Origin: Candidatus Altimarinota bacterium
GTDB lineage: Bacteria > Patescibacteriota > Gracilibacteria > UBA1369
Direction of reading: 5' to 3'
DNA: 32,000 nucleotides
NCBI GenBank assembly: GCA_041659405.1
Contig: JBAZYK010000004.1
Span: forward strand, 30,001-62,000
Part shown: positions 16,904 to 26,367 of the stretch, piece by piece
Numbering within the stretch: position 1 is the stretch's first letter
How the letters are laid out: the number at the start of each line of letters is the position of its first letter
Translations under genes and position numbers: made by a program
The notes under the pieces: generated by a model
What the model saw: the letters and a program-made list of their open reading frames with translations, nothing else
The model's database searches: none
Told to the model about the DNA's origin: nothing

Positions 16904-17311
16904 ATGAACAAAAATAAACAAAATCAGCCACAGCCTAAAACCTATGAAGTCAAAGAAACCGAACCGCTTACTTTGGGTGACCTGAGCCTTTATCCGGACA
17001 CTTACGAGGCTTATAGCGGCGACAAAAAAATGCCTTTGCGCAGGAAAGAATATCAGCTGCTGGAATTTTTACTTCGCAACAAAAACCGCGTTTTAAATCG
17101 TCACACAATCTTGGAATACATTTGGGATTACGACACCCGGGCCATAACCAATACTTTGGATGTTCATATTGCTTCCCTTCGCCGGAAAATCGAAAAATAC
17201 GGTCAGAAAAAGACCATCAAAACAGTTCACGGTTCCGGCTACAAAATTTGCGACCTTTCAAACGCAGCATTATCATCCAATCAAACACAATTGCCCTTCC
17301 CCAATTTATAA
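16904..17311 (+). CDS. Stand-alone OmpR/PhoB-type winged-helix DNA-binding protein (no receiver domain)
   Basis: 135 aa. Residues from about 22 to 117 match the Trans_reg_C pattern (LTLGDLSLYPDTYEAY..G....L...EYQLLEFLLRN.NRVL.R..ILE.IWDYD......TLDVHIASLRRKIE......I.TVHGSGYKI). Only about 20 Asn/Gln/Lys-rich residues precede the domain. Confidence 0.75.
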   Translation: MNKNKQNQPQPKTYEVKETEPLTLGDLSLYPDTYEAYSGDKKMPLRRKEYQLLEFLLRNKNRVLNRHTILEYIWDYDTRAITNTLDVHIASLRRKIEKYGQKKTIKTVHGSGYKICDLSNAALSSNQTQLPFPNL

Positions 17312-18604
17312 TTGTTTAAGGTACTTCACCGCCTCATCCATTTGTGGATCTTTATGGGCCGCTGCGTCCGCCTCTGTAAACGGCACAATCCGATCAGGAG
17401 TAATCCCAACTTCGCTGATACTTCGTCCATTTGGGGTATACCATTTGGCAATGGTTATGCGCAAACTTGAGCCATCGGGCATTTTATCCACTTCCTGAAC
17501 ACTGCCTTTTCCAAAAGTCTGTTCGCCCATAATAAGGCCACGTTTATGATCCTGAATCGCGCCGGCCACAATTTCCGAAGAAGAAGCCGAACCTTTATTT
17601 ACCAAAACCACCAATGGCACGCTCCCAAGTGACGCATCGCCGGTTACATACAGCGTTTCATCCTCTTTATGATCACGTTTTTTAATAACCACCGCTTCTT
17701 TTTTTCCTTTCAAAAAATCCGACAAAATGCCAACCGCAGAATCCAAATATCCACCACCGTTAAAGCGCAAATCCAAAACGATTCCTTTTGGATCTTTCAA
17801 AAGAATTTTCTGAACGGCGCTATCAAATTCCTGTTTGGTGTTATCGCTAAATTGATTGATTGCAACGTAATAAACGCCATCACCTTTATCCTCCATTGAA
17901 ACACTTTCAATGTTTATTTCATCACGGGTAATCGCCAAATCAAAAGGTTTATCTTTACTTTTTCGAATAAGCGTCAGTGTAACTTTTGAGCCTTTTGGAC
18001 CACGAATTTTGCTGATCGCGTCAAAAAGAGACATTTCATTTGTGAGGTTTCCATCAATCTTATAAACAATATCCCCGGGAAGTATTCCCGCTTTTTCCGC
18101 AGGTGAATTTTTGATTGGAGAAACAACCACCAAAGCCTGATCTTTCACCGTAAGCTCGGCGCCAATTCCCTGAAGAGTTCCATTTAAACTTGAGTCAAAA
18201 TCTTTGGTTTCATCCGGAGTCATAAAAACCGTGTAAGGATCATCCAATGCCGATACCATGCCTTTTATAGCCCCATAAACCATGCTTTGATGGTTTATTT
18301 TTGTTTCATCCACATATTGATCTCCAAGCTGTCCCCAGATTTTCCAAAAAAGGCTTAAGTCTGCGGCCGATTGCCCACCAAAATTCACCAATGAATTGGT
18401 GCCGGCTGTATCTACTCCCTGAATTTTTAGCCCATTTCTATTCAAAATATAATAGCTTGAACTTTCCCAGCCCAAAACAAAGACGATTAATAACGCCAAA
18501 GCATAAGTAAAAGTTTTTGGAGATTTTTTAGGACGATTGTTCTGTGGAATATTTGGTAAATCCATTTGATTGGTTTGATTATTTAAAAGGTGCCTGCCAA
18601 TCAT
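17306..18604 (-). CDS. ctpA: S41-family carboxy-terminal processing peptidase (PDZ domain)
   Basis: N-terminal membrane anchor (FTYALALLIVFVLGW), PDZ segment (AEKAGILPGDIVYKIDG), and S41 motifs (LDLRFNGGGYLDSAV, NKGSASSSEIVAGAIQD, GEQTFGKGSVQ). The ORF-track start at 18682 is a TTG. The ATGs at 18604 or 18565 are more plausible, so the exact start is uncertain. Confidence 0.85.
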   Translation of the reverse strand: MIGRHLLNNQTNQMDLPNIPQNNRPKKSPKTFTYALALLIVFVLGWESSSYYILNRNGLKIQGVDTAGTNSLVNFGGQSAADLSLFWKIWGQLGDQYVDETKINHQSMVYGAIKGMVSALDDPYTVFMTPDETKDFDSSLNGTLQGIGAELTVKDQALVVVSPIKNSPAEKAGILPGDIVYKIDGNLTNEMSLFDAISKIRGPKGSKVTLTLIRKSKDKPFDLAITRDEINIESVSMEDKGDGVYYVAINQFSDNTKQEFDSAVQKILLKDPKGIVLDLRFNGGGYLDSAVGILSDFLKGKKEAVVIKKRDHKEDETLYVTGDASLGSVPLVVLVNKGSASSSEIVAGAIQDHKRGLIMGEQTFGKGSVQEVDKMPDGSSLRITIAKWYTPNGRSISEVGITPDRIVPFTEADAAAHKDPQMDEAVKYLKQL

Positions 18605-18687
18605 AAACCAGAAATCGATAAACCTCAAGCACACGCGAGCAATAGCGAGTGTGCCTACAAACAAAATGTTTTGCGTCAGCAAAACTC

Positions 18688-19485
18688 CTAAAAAACCTCA
18701 AGCTGCCTTTGAATCTGCTCAACGCTGATTGCCTTTTTAGTTTGATCATCAATCTCTATTACGATTGCATTGAAAATCGTGTCGCCGTCCGCCACTTCAT
18801 GTTTAACGGGAACCTGTGTCAGGAAATTTTTGATGATGGATTCTTTTTCAAGGCCGATAATTGAATCGATTGGTCCCGTAAAACCAACATCGGATTGAAA
18901 GGCAGTTCCCTTTGGCAAAATGCGTGCATCAAAAGTTGGAATATGAGTATGAGTGCCAATTACAGCCGAAACTCGGCCATCAAGATAATGAGCAAGTGCC
19001 GCTTTTTCCGCAGTTGCTTCAGCATGAAAATCCACAAAAATCGCCGAAAGTTGTTCATGTTCAAATTGCTTTAAAATTCTATCCGCAGTGCGAAAAGGAC
19101 AATCCAAATGTATTGGCATAAAAACGCGCCCCATTAAATTAATCACCAAAACGCGCTGCATTAAGCCACCTTCTATAATTTGGAAACCGCGCCCGGGAGC
19201 TCCTTCCGGATAATTTGCCGGACGAATCAGTGGTAAATTTTTGTCATTCAATCGGGCAATAATCGCTCTTTCTTTCCAGACATGATTACCCGAAGTGAAA
19301 AAATCCACGCCAACTTTTTGCAGTTCATTCAATTGGCCTTCGTCAACGCCTTTACCATGATGCATATTTTCGGCATTCGCGATCACCAAATGAACGCCGT
19401 ACTTGGCCTTATATTCAGGCAGAAGTTTTTTTACAGTATTTCGCCCGGGCCTTCCAAAAATGTCACCAATAAAAAGAATTTTCAT
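18688..19485 (-). CDS. ymdB: YmdB-family metallophosphoesterase (2',3'-cyclic-nucleotide phosphodiesterase-like)
   Basis: N-terminus MKILFIGDIFGRPGR, GNH and GTHTH metal-binding motifs, and 265 aa length are all typical of the YmdB/TIGR00282 family. Confidence 0.85.
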   Translation of the reverse strand: MKILFIGDIFGRPGRNTVKKLLPEYKAKYGVHLVIANAENMHHGKGVDEGQLNELQKVGVDFFTSGNHVWKERAIIARLNDKNLPLIRPANYPEGAPGRGFQIIEGGLMQRVLVINLMGRVFMPIHLDCPFRTADRILKQFEHEQLSAIFVDFHAEATAEKAALAHYLDGRVSAVIGTHTHIPTFDARILPKGTAFQSDVGFTGPIDSIIGLEKESIIKNFLTQVPVKHEVADGDTIFNAIVIEIDDQTKKAISVEQIQRQLEVF

Positions 19486-19711
19486 AACAAACTCATTAAA
19501 ACATCTGGCTGTGAATAAGTCACTATGGATTTATGTAAAAAGTTGATTACGGAGACGTACCGTACAATATTGGCCACCAAAATGCAAGATTTAAAGCTTA
19601 AATAAGGGGTAAATTTTAGATTTATTTCAGATTCAGTTTAGAATTCGTTAATAAGTTAATGCTAAATTGGCGCTGTTCCAAAACAAAAGAAAGACTATTT
19701 GCAAAAATACT

Positions 19712-19740
19712 CTTGACGGTGAGTGTACACTCACCTATGA
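19712..19740 (+). promoter_or_regulatory. recA promoter with an embedded 18-bp perfect palindrome (candidate operator)
   Basis: TTGACG (19712-19717), a 17-nt spacer, then TATGAT (19735-19740). The palindrome GGTGAGTGTACACTCACC (19717-19734) fills the whole spacer and shares its first G with the last base of the -35 hexamer. Confidence 0.65.
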
Positions 19741-19773
19741 TTGGGACAGCTTTTATTTCTTTAATTTTTAACG

Positions 19774-20913
19774 ATGACAAATCAAAGCGAAAAACAAAAG
19801 GCGGTGGAATTGGCACTTGCCCAAATTGAACGCGCATTTGGCAAAGGTGCGATCATGAAAATGGGTGAAGCAAATAAAATTGCCGTAGAAACTATTCCAA
19901 CCGGATCCGTTTCTTTAGATATTGCCCTTGGTGGCGGCGTTCCACGTGGACGCGTAGTCGAAATTTTTGGGCCTGAAAGTTCAGGTAAAACGACCTTAAC
20001 CTTACATATTATTGCGGAAGCTCAAAAACGTGGAGGACAAGCCGCTTTTATTGATGCCGAACATGCGCTCGATCCTGAATATGCCCGCAAAATCGGGGTG
20101 GATGTTGATAATCTGCTTATTTCTCAACCGGATAGCGGTGAACAAGCTTTGGAAATTACCGAAACTTTGGTTCGTTCCAATGCCATAGACGTTATTGTGG
20201 TGGATTCCGTAGCTGCACTTACACCAAAAGCGGAAATCGAAGGTGACATGGGTGATGCCCACATGGGTTTGCAGGCTCGTTTGATGAGTCAGGCGCTACG
20301 TAAATTAACGAGTGCCATCAGTAAATCAAAAACAACCGTGATCTTTATTAATCAGATCCGCATGAAGATCGGTATTATGTTCGGTAATCCGGAAACCACA
20401 CCGGGTGGAAACGCTTTGAAGTTTTATTCTTCAGTACGTATGGATATCCGCAATATTGGAAAACTGGAAGAAGGCGCTGGTGATGACAAAGAAATAGTTG
20501 GAAATCGCGTAAGAGTGAAGGTCGTTAAAAACAAAGTCGCTCCACCTTTTAGAACTGCCGAATTCGATATTATGTACAATAAAGGCATTTCGCATGTTGG
20601 AGACCTGATTGATTTGGCTACACGTTACGAAGTAGCCAGAAAGAGCGGAGCTTTTTATACCTACAAAGATCTTAAACTCGGCCAGGGGCGTGAAAACGTT
20701 AAAAATTTCCTGGAGAGTAATCAAAAAGTCATGAAAGAACTTGAAAAAGAAGTTCGCGAACTGATCAGCAAATTAAAGGATGATAAAGCCGCTGCAGCCA
20801 CAGCAGCTTCGACTCCCCAATCCGAAAAAGAACCGGTTAGTGCGGCTACTCAAGCCACAAAAACTTCTGCAGGAAAAAATGTCGGAGTAAAATCTCTTCC
20901 AAAAGAAGTATAA
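19774..20913 (+). CDS. recA: Recombinase RecA
   Basis: Canonical RecA sequence ([19 protein letters not shown], Walker [28 protein letters not shown]). It has an extended Ala/Thr/Ser/Lys-rich C-terminal tail. Confidence 0.97.
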   Translation: MTNQSEKQKAVELALAQIERAFGKGAIMKMGEANKIAVETIPTGSVSLDIALGGGVPRGRVVEIFGPESSGKTTLTLHIIAEAQKRGGQAAFIDAEHALDPEYARKIGVDVDNLLISQPDSGEQALEITETLVRSNAIDVIVVDSVAALTPKAEIEGDMGDAHMGLQARLMSQALRKLTSAISKSKTTVIFINQIRMKIGIMFGNPETTPGGNALKFYSSVRMDIRNIGKLEEGAGDDKEIVGNRVRVKVVKNKVAPPFRTAEFDIMYNKGISHVGDLIDLATRYEVARKSGAFYTYKDLKLGQGRENVKNFLESNQKVMKELEKEVRELISKLKDDKAAAATAASTPQSEKEPVSAATQATKTSAGKNVGVKSLPKEV

Positions 20914-20924
20914 ATCGAAATTAC

Positions 20925-20974
20925 AATTGGCTCCTTTTGCGCACAAAAAAGCTTTAGGAGCCAATTTTATTTTA
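20925..20974 (+). terminator. Hairpin and T-tract between recA and recX
   Basis: AATTGGCTCC...GGAGCCAATT stem (10 bp) followed by TTTTATTTT. It lies 12 nt upstream of the recX ATG. Confidence 0.55.
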
Positions 20975-20985
20975 ATCGCAAAGCC

Positions 20986-21534
20986 ATGGAAGCACAAAAA
21001 TACCTTCTTCAAAGAGCGCTATATTTTTTAGCACGTCGCCCACATAGCACCACCGAAATCAGACAAAAACTAAGTAGGATTAAAGTTTGGGCTGCAAAAA
21101 CAACTGGCGGTAACGCGAAAATCCCCGACAATACGGAAAAAGCTGGCAGCACTGCAAAAATTCCAGCCAATCCGGAAGACATCACAAAAATCATTCAAAG
21201 ATTAACCGAATTGGGCTACCTTAATGACGAGGATTTTGCCCGAATTTACATTGGCAGCAGCCTGCGCAGAAAGCCGCAGGGACTTAGGCTGTTAGAAATG
21301 AACCTGCGACAAAAGGGCATAGACGAAAGTACATTTGCCACTGCCCTTAAATTAGCTTCCGTCGAAAATCAATTCGATGAAAGCGATCTTGCCCAGGACG
21401 CAGCGGACAAAAAGCTTAGAACCTTAAGTAAACTTCCCCCTAATAAGCAAAAGGAAAAGCTTTATCGGTTTTTGGCTTCCAGAGGCTTTTCTATGGACTC
21501 AATCATGAAAGTCCTGAACAAGTTTTCATCATAA
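20986..21534 (+). CDS. recX: RecA regulator RecX
   Basis: Position directly downstream of recA plus RecX repeats (ALYFLARRPHSTTEIRQKL, LGYLNDEDFARIYI, LRQKGIDES, FLASRGFS). A low-complexity insertion of about 35 aa follows the first repeat. Confidence 0.8.
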   Translation: MEAQKYLLQRALYFLARRPHSTTEIRQKLSRIKVWAAKTTGGNAKIPDNTEKAGSTAKIPANPEDITKIIQRLTELGYLNDEDFARIYIGSSLRRKPQGLRLLEMNLRQKGIDESTFATALKLASVENQFDESDLAQDAADKKLRTLSKLPPNKQKEKLYRFLASRGFSMDSIMKVLNKFSS

Positions 21535-21634
21535 AGTTCTTTACAAACCAGCCGATTGATAGTAAGATAAGTCCGTAACCTAGGATCTTATCAAGATCTG
21601 GTTTTTTCCAAACAATAATTCCTAATTAACCCCC

Positions 21635-22876
21635 ATGCAATCTCAATTCCTCGCTGCTATCAACCAACTCTGTGATGAAAAAGGCATTCCGCGCGATAAA
21701 ATTATTGATACAATTAAAGCCGCGCTTCGTGCCGCATATCGCAAAGATTATGGCAATCGTGAGCAAAATATTGACATTGAGCTCAACGAAAAAACTGAGC
21801 ATGCCATTGTTTACCTGATCAAAAAAGTGGTCAAAAAAGTTGAAGACAAAGAGATCGAAATGACTTTGGCAGAAGCCAGAAAATACAAGAAAGATGCCAA
21901 AGTTGATGATGAAATTAAGATTGATGTAACTCCTTTGGAATACGGCCGCATCGCAGCCCAATCAGCAAAACAGGTTATTATTCAGCGCATCCAGGAAGCT
22001 GAACGTGATGTTATGTACGATACCTTCAAAGATCGTGAAAATGAGCTTATCAACGCACTTGTTCACCGCGTTGAAAACCAGACTGTTTATGTAAATCTTG
22101 ATAACAGAATCACGACAATTTTGATGCCTGATCAGCAAATTCCACGTGAAAGATACTACAGTGGTCAGCGCTTAAAGCTTTATCTTGATAAAGTTATTAA
22201 GACAACTAAAGGCCCACAACTTCTTATTTCCCGCACTCATCCAAATCTTGTTCGCAAGTTGATGGAGCTGGAAATTCCGGAAATTAAGAGCGGACTTGTT
22301 GAAATTAAGGCAATTGCCCGCGAGCCAGGGGTTCGCAGCAAGGTTGCAGTTTCTTCTTCTGATCCAAAAATTGACCCGATTGGTTCTTGCGTAGGCCAAA
22401 AAGGTGTTCGTGTTAACAACGTTATGGATGAACTTAACGGTGAACGCATCGACATTATCCAATGGAGCGACGATCCGATTAATTACATTAAAACGGCTTT
22501 GGCTCCTGCTAAAGTGGCTCACATTGAACTAACTAAAGAAGCAAGACGCGCTAAAGTTTATGTAAATCCGGATCAGCGTCCTTTGGCCATCGGTAAAGGT
22601 GGGCAAAATGTACGTTTGGCTTCCAAACTTACCGGTCTTGAATTGGATATTTTGGATATCGGCGATATGGCAGGCCCTCTTGTTGAAAAGCCAAAAGTTG
22701 AAAACGTTGAACAGCTTGAAGGTATTTCAGCTGAACTTGCCGGCAAACTTCAAACAGCCAATTTGAGCCAGGTTGAACAGATCAAAGGCCTTTCAGTCAA
22801 AGACCTCATCTCAATCGAAGGCATCACAGAAGACGAAGCCAAGCAGCTTGTAGAGGCAATCAAGAAGGTTGCGTAG
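21635..22876 (+). CDS. nusA: Transcription termination/antitermination factor NusA
   Basis: N-terminal domain (LAAINQLCDEKGIPRDKIIDTIKAAL), S1 and two KH domains (GSCVGQKGVRV; AIGKGGQNVRLASKLTG), and a C-terminal HhH-like tail. Confidence 0.95.
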   Translation: MQSQFLAAINQLCDEKGIPRDKIIDTIKAALRAAYRKDYGNREQNIDIELNEKTEHAIVYLIKKVVKKVEDKEIEMTLAEARKYKKDAKVDDEIKIDVTPLEYGRIAAQSAKQVIIQRIQEAERDVMYDTFKDRENELINALVHRVENQTVYVNLDNRITTILMPDQQIPRERYYSGQRLKLYLDKVIKTTKGPQLLISRTHPNLVRKLMELEIPEIKSGLVEIKAIAREPGVRSKVAVSSSDPKIDPIGSCVGQKGVRVNNVMDELNGERIDIIQWSDDPINYIKTALAPAKVAHIELTKEARRAKVYVNPDQRPLAIGKGGQNVRLASKLTGLELDILDIGDMAGPLVEKPKVENVEQLEGISAELAGKLQTANLSQVEQIKGLSVKDLISIEGITEDEAKQLVEAIKKVA

Positions 22877-22946
22877 GCCATATACTGCTGCCATAAATAA
22901 GGTGGCATAGCTATCCAAAAAGACAGCACAATTCATTAAATTTTAA

Positions 22947-22977
22947 AGAGTCCCATCAAGGTGGGGCTCTTTTTTTA
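22947..22977 (+). terminator. Intrinsic terminator after nusA
   Basis: AGAGTCCCA-TCAAGG-TGGGGCTCT stem-loop followed by T7. Confidence 0.75.
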
Positions 22978-23077
22978 TGCCATTCAGGTCTTTTTCCAGC
23001 ATTTTGTCCCTAAGCCATGGCATTTTCCGCCCATTTATGCTAAAATATAAAGATATTTTCGAACCTAATTTCGAAAC

Positions 23078-24838
23078 ATGCCAGACGACCCAAAAATCAC
23101 AACACAAATCACGGCTACCGATCCGAAAATCGCAGCGGCTGATCCGATCACTAAAACCACGGAAGATCAAAGCTCGCTCGGTGACGGCGGAAACGCTCCT
23201 CAAACCGTTGACGAAACGCTTGGCAAGATCAACCGTTCGTTTAAAGAACGTGCCGCTATTCAGCGCGCCAAAGAGCTGAATCTTCCCTACATCAACATCA
23301 GCGCAACCCCGGTCAATCCTGATCTTCTTCGTATTGTCCCTCCGGAAATGGCTGCGGCAGCCTCGTTAATGCCATTTTTTAGAATCGGCAAAAAGTTGCG
23401 AATTGCGGTTACCGATCCGGAAAAAGCGGAAACAAAAACGGCTATCCAAACTCTCCAAAACGCCGGATATGAAGTGAACCTGAATATCGCCACTGCGGAC
23501 GGTATTTTAGAAGCCAATAAGCTTTACGCAACCAATCAGTACAAAGTAAAAACGCAAATTTCCACTCAGCTTTCGGAAGAAAAAATCAAAGTCTACGAAG
23601 AAGAAATCAAGCAGCTGGCCGATCTTAAAACCAGACTCACTTCACTCAGCTCGGAAGAAGCCGTTTATCTGATCAACGTTGGTGCTTTAAAAACCGGCGC
23701 TTCGGATATTCATTACGAGCCGGAAGAAAAGTTTATTCGCATGCGCTTCCGTATTGATGGCGTGCTTCACGAAATTTTCCAGATCGAAAAATCCACATAC
23801 AACAACATCGTTAATCAAATCAAATATCAGTCCAAAATGAAACTGAATATCAATAACGAACCGCAGGATGGCCGTTATAGTTTTATGGTCAATGAGCGCA
23901 AAGTTGATGTTCGTGTTTCGGCTTTGCCAACCGAATATGGTGAAACTTTTGTTTGCAGATTATTGGATAGTGGCCGCCATTTAATCACCTTTGACGAGCT
24001 TGGTTTCTGGGATAAAAATTTGGAAAAAATTGAGCACCTTACCAAGATTTCCCACGGCATGATTTTGATTACAGGTCCTACCGGCTCAGGAAAAACGACC
24101 ACGCTTTACACCATGCTGGATAAATTCAATAAGCCGGAAACTAAAGTTATCACATTGGAAGACCCGATTGAATATCATCTTCCGGGCGTTTCTCAAAGCC
24201 AGATAAACGAAAAGCGCGGTTATGATTTTTCCAACGGTCTTCGCGCAATTTTGCGTCAGGATCCGGACGTTGTAATGCTTGGTGAAATTCGTGATTTGGA
24301 AACGGCCGAAACTGCTGCCCAGGCTGCGCTTACCGGTCACGTTTTATTGAGTACATTGCACACCAACAGCGCCCTTGAAACTGTTCCACGTCTGGTAAAT
24401 ATTGGCTTGGCTCCTTTTATGATTGCGCCTGCCTTAAACACAATTATTGCTCAACGTCTGGTTCGCAAAATTTGTCCAAATTGTCAGGAATTAAAACCGG
24501 TTCCTCAAAGTGAAATCGATGAAATTAATCGCATGATTGAAGGCATGAAACTGGTTCAGCCAACTCTTGAACTTTCAATTCCAAAAGAACTTCCAATCGG
24601 AAAAGGCTGCGATATTTGCAACCAAACCGGTTATAAAAGTCGAATCGCCATTGTGGAAATCCTCGACATTGATTTTGAAATGAAAGATCTTATTTTAAAC
24701 AAGGCCGGCAATGCCAAAATGATCGAAGCCGCCCGTCGCAAAGGCATGCTTACAATGCGTGAAGATGGCATTCTTAAGGTACTTAAAGGCATCACAACCC
24801 TGGAAGAAGTTCATCGCGTTACTGCAATTGCGGAGTAG
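23078..24838 (+). CDS. pilB: Type IV pilus assembly / type II secretion ATPase (PilB/GspE family)
   Basis: T2SSE N-terminal domain, Walker A GPTGSGKTTT, Asp/His boxes and Walker B (VVMLGEIRD), and a tetracysteine motif (CPNC...CDICNQTGYKSR). Confidence 0.92.
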   Translation: MPDDPKITTQITATDPKIAAADPITKTTEDQSSLGDGGNAPQTVDETLGKINRSFKERAAIQRAKELNLPYINISATPVNPDLLRIVPPEMAAAASLMPFFRIGKKLRIAVTDPEKAETKTAIQTLQNAGYEVNLNIATADGILEANKLYATNQYKVKTQISTQLSEEKIKVYEEEIKQLADLKTRLTSLSSEEAVYLINVGALKTGASDIHYEPEEKFIRMRFRIDGVLHEIFQIEKSTYNNIVNQIKYQSKMKLNINNEPQDGRYSFMVNERKVDVRVSALPTEYGETFVCRLLDSGRHLITFDELGFWDKNLEKIEHLTKISHGMILITGPTGSGKTTTLYTMLDKFNKPETKVITLEDPIEYHLPGVSQSQINEKRGYDFSNGLRAILRQDPDVVMLGEIRDLETAETAAQAALTGHVLLSTLHTNSALETVPRLVNIGLAPFMIAPALNTIIAQRLVRKICPNCQELKPVPQSEIDEINRMIEGMKLVQPTLELSIPKELPIGKGCDICNQTGYKSRIAIVEILDIDFEMKDLILNKAGNAKMIEAARRKGMLTMREDGILKVLKGITTLEEVHRVTAIAE

Positions 24839-24904
24839 TGGCGCATCGCCAGTCAGCGCGGGCAGGAAGTCATCTCGCCAGATTGCACGCGCACTAGCCA
24901 TTTT

Positions 24905-26065
24905 CTAAACCTCCGGCGTCACCTCCCACAAAAACGCCCGATTTCTTTGAATGATCCCCTTTAATTCCAGCGTACTTAATAGTGCTTGAATTTTGTTGAT
25001 CGGCAGCATGGTATTTCTTAGCAGATCTTCGGCTGTGGACGGCCTTTTTTGCAGAGTTTGCGCAATCTCGAGCTCTTCCAAAGTCAATGTTTGTTGTACG
25101 ACCTTTAAGGTTGATTTAAAGCCGAGTTCGATTAAAAGATTATCAATACTCAAAATCGGAATTGCCCCATCGTAAATAAGCTTTAAACAACCCTGTGCTT
25201 GAGGTTTTGTGATGTCGCCGGGTAGCACATAAACATCCCGATTTTGATCAAGCGCCTTTTGCGCGGTAATAAGTGCCCCGGATTTTATTGGCGCCTCTAT
25301 CACAATTGTGGCCTCACATAAGCCGGAAATAATTCTGTTTCGTTCATGAAATCGATACTTGGAAAAAAATTCCCGATCATAATATTCGCTGATCAACGTG
25401 CCGCCATGTTGTAAAATTCTTTCCGCCAAATTTGCGTGTGAACTTGGTGTAACCGCATCAACCGGCGAAGCCAAAACCGCAATTGTAGGTTTCTTTTCGT
25501 TGATGCAGCCTCGATGAGCACATCCATCAATTCCCAAAGCCAAGCCACTAACAACAATTCCATCCTGTGCCGCAATTTTCTGGGCAATTTGCGTGGCAAT
25601 TCTTTCACCATATAAAGTCGATTGCCGCGTACCCACAATGGCAATGTGCTTTGCGGGCAGCCGCTTTATTGGCAATGCCAAGGCTGCCGAAATCTGTCCA
25701 TCCGGCGATTTTGGGATCGCTGATGTTTGCCCCACTGTCGAGGCCACCAGCGGCGCACCTTTTCTATAAAGCCCAAACGGCGGATCTGGAATTTGCAGTA
25801 AACTTTTCGGAAATTCCAAATCAGCTCTTTCCAAAAAAATAATTCCTCTTTTTTTAAGCCAATCAAATTCTTTCATCACGTCAAAATGCCTGCGCCATTC
25901 CACAATTCTGCGAGCCATAATTTCGGTTAGACCAGCTTTCAAAAACTGCTCCAAAGGCGCTTTCTCCCAGGCATAATTAAAGTTTCTAAAATACGTCCAA
26001 AGCTTCTCTAAAGCCCCATAACTCATCCCCGGAATCGAATTGAATGCATGTAAAAATTTTTTCAT
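24905..26065 (-). CDS. dprA: DNA-processing protein DprA (Smf)
   Basis: Rossmann-like core (IAIVGTRQSTLYGERIA...GIVVSGLALGIDGCAHRG...) and a C-terminal winged-helix-like tail. The start is set at the ATG at 26065, because the ORF-track start at 26071 is a TTG two codons upstream. Confidence 0.88.
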   Translation of the reverse strand: MKKFLHAFNSIPGMSYGALEKLWTYFRNFNYAWEKAPLEQFLKAGLTEIMARRIVEWRRHFDVMKEFDWLKKRGIIFLERADLEFPKSLLQIPDPPFGLYRKGAPLVASTVGQTSAIPKSPDGQISAALALPIKRLPAKHIAIVGTRQSTLYGERIATQIAQKIAAQDGIVVSGLALGIDGCAHRGCINEKKPTIAVLASPVDAVTPSSHANLAERILQHGGTLISEYYDREFFSKYRFHERNRIISGLCEATIVIEAPIKSGALITAQKALDQNRDVYVLPGDITKPQAQGCLKLIYDGAIPILSIDNLLIELGFKSTLKVVQQTLTLEELEIAQTLQKRPSTAEDLLRNTMLPINKIQALLSTLELKGIIQRNRAFLWEVTPEV

Positions 26066-26169
26066 ACTCAAAAGTGGTGATCGCAGTAGCAGACATAAAA
26101 ATGTCTATTTAGTGCGTTCACCTTACCTCAACTCACATTAAAATTTTCTAAACAACTTATGAAAAAAAT

Positions 26170-26340
26170 CTAAGATTCGATTTTAACCGCATTTCTAGAA
26201 GTTTCCGCAACTTGTTTTCTTAATTCATCTAATCTGGCAATATCATCAGTGTTAGCTTCTAGCCTGGATGAACTTGCCGCACAGGTCACTTCTTTTCTAT
26301 CTGCGTTACCGAGGAATGGGCCTTTAACAGTAGTGTGCAT
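26170..26340 (-). CDS. Small hypothetical protein (56 aa) upstream of dprA
   Basis: An ORF below the track cutoff: MHTTVKGPFLGNADRKEVTCAASSSRLEANTDDIARLDELRKQVAETSRNAVKIES. It is preceded by a near-consensus promoter. I recognise no homology. Confidence 0.35.
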   Translation of the reverse strand: MHTTVKGPFLGNADRKEVTCAASSSRLEANTDDIARLDELRKQVAETSRNAVKIES

Positions 26341-26367
26341 AAAACAATTATTAAAAATAACAAGCGA

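Noticed and set aside
17122-17498. Overlapping plus-strand ORFs 17122-17319 and 17160-17498, and other shadow ORFs of 60-115 aa inside recA, nusA, pilB, dprA, purM, ftsE, the kinase and the protease
   Set aside because: All lie within or opposite confidently identified genes, lack recognisable motifs, and are typical alternative-frame artefacts.
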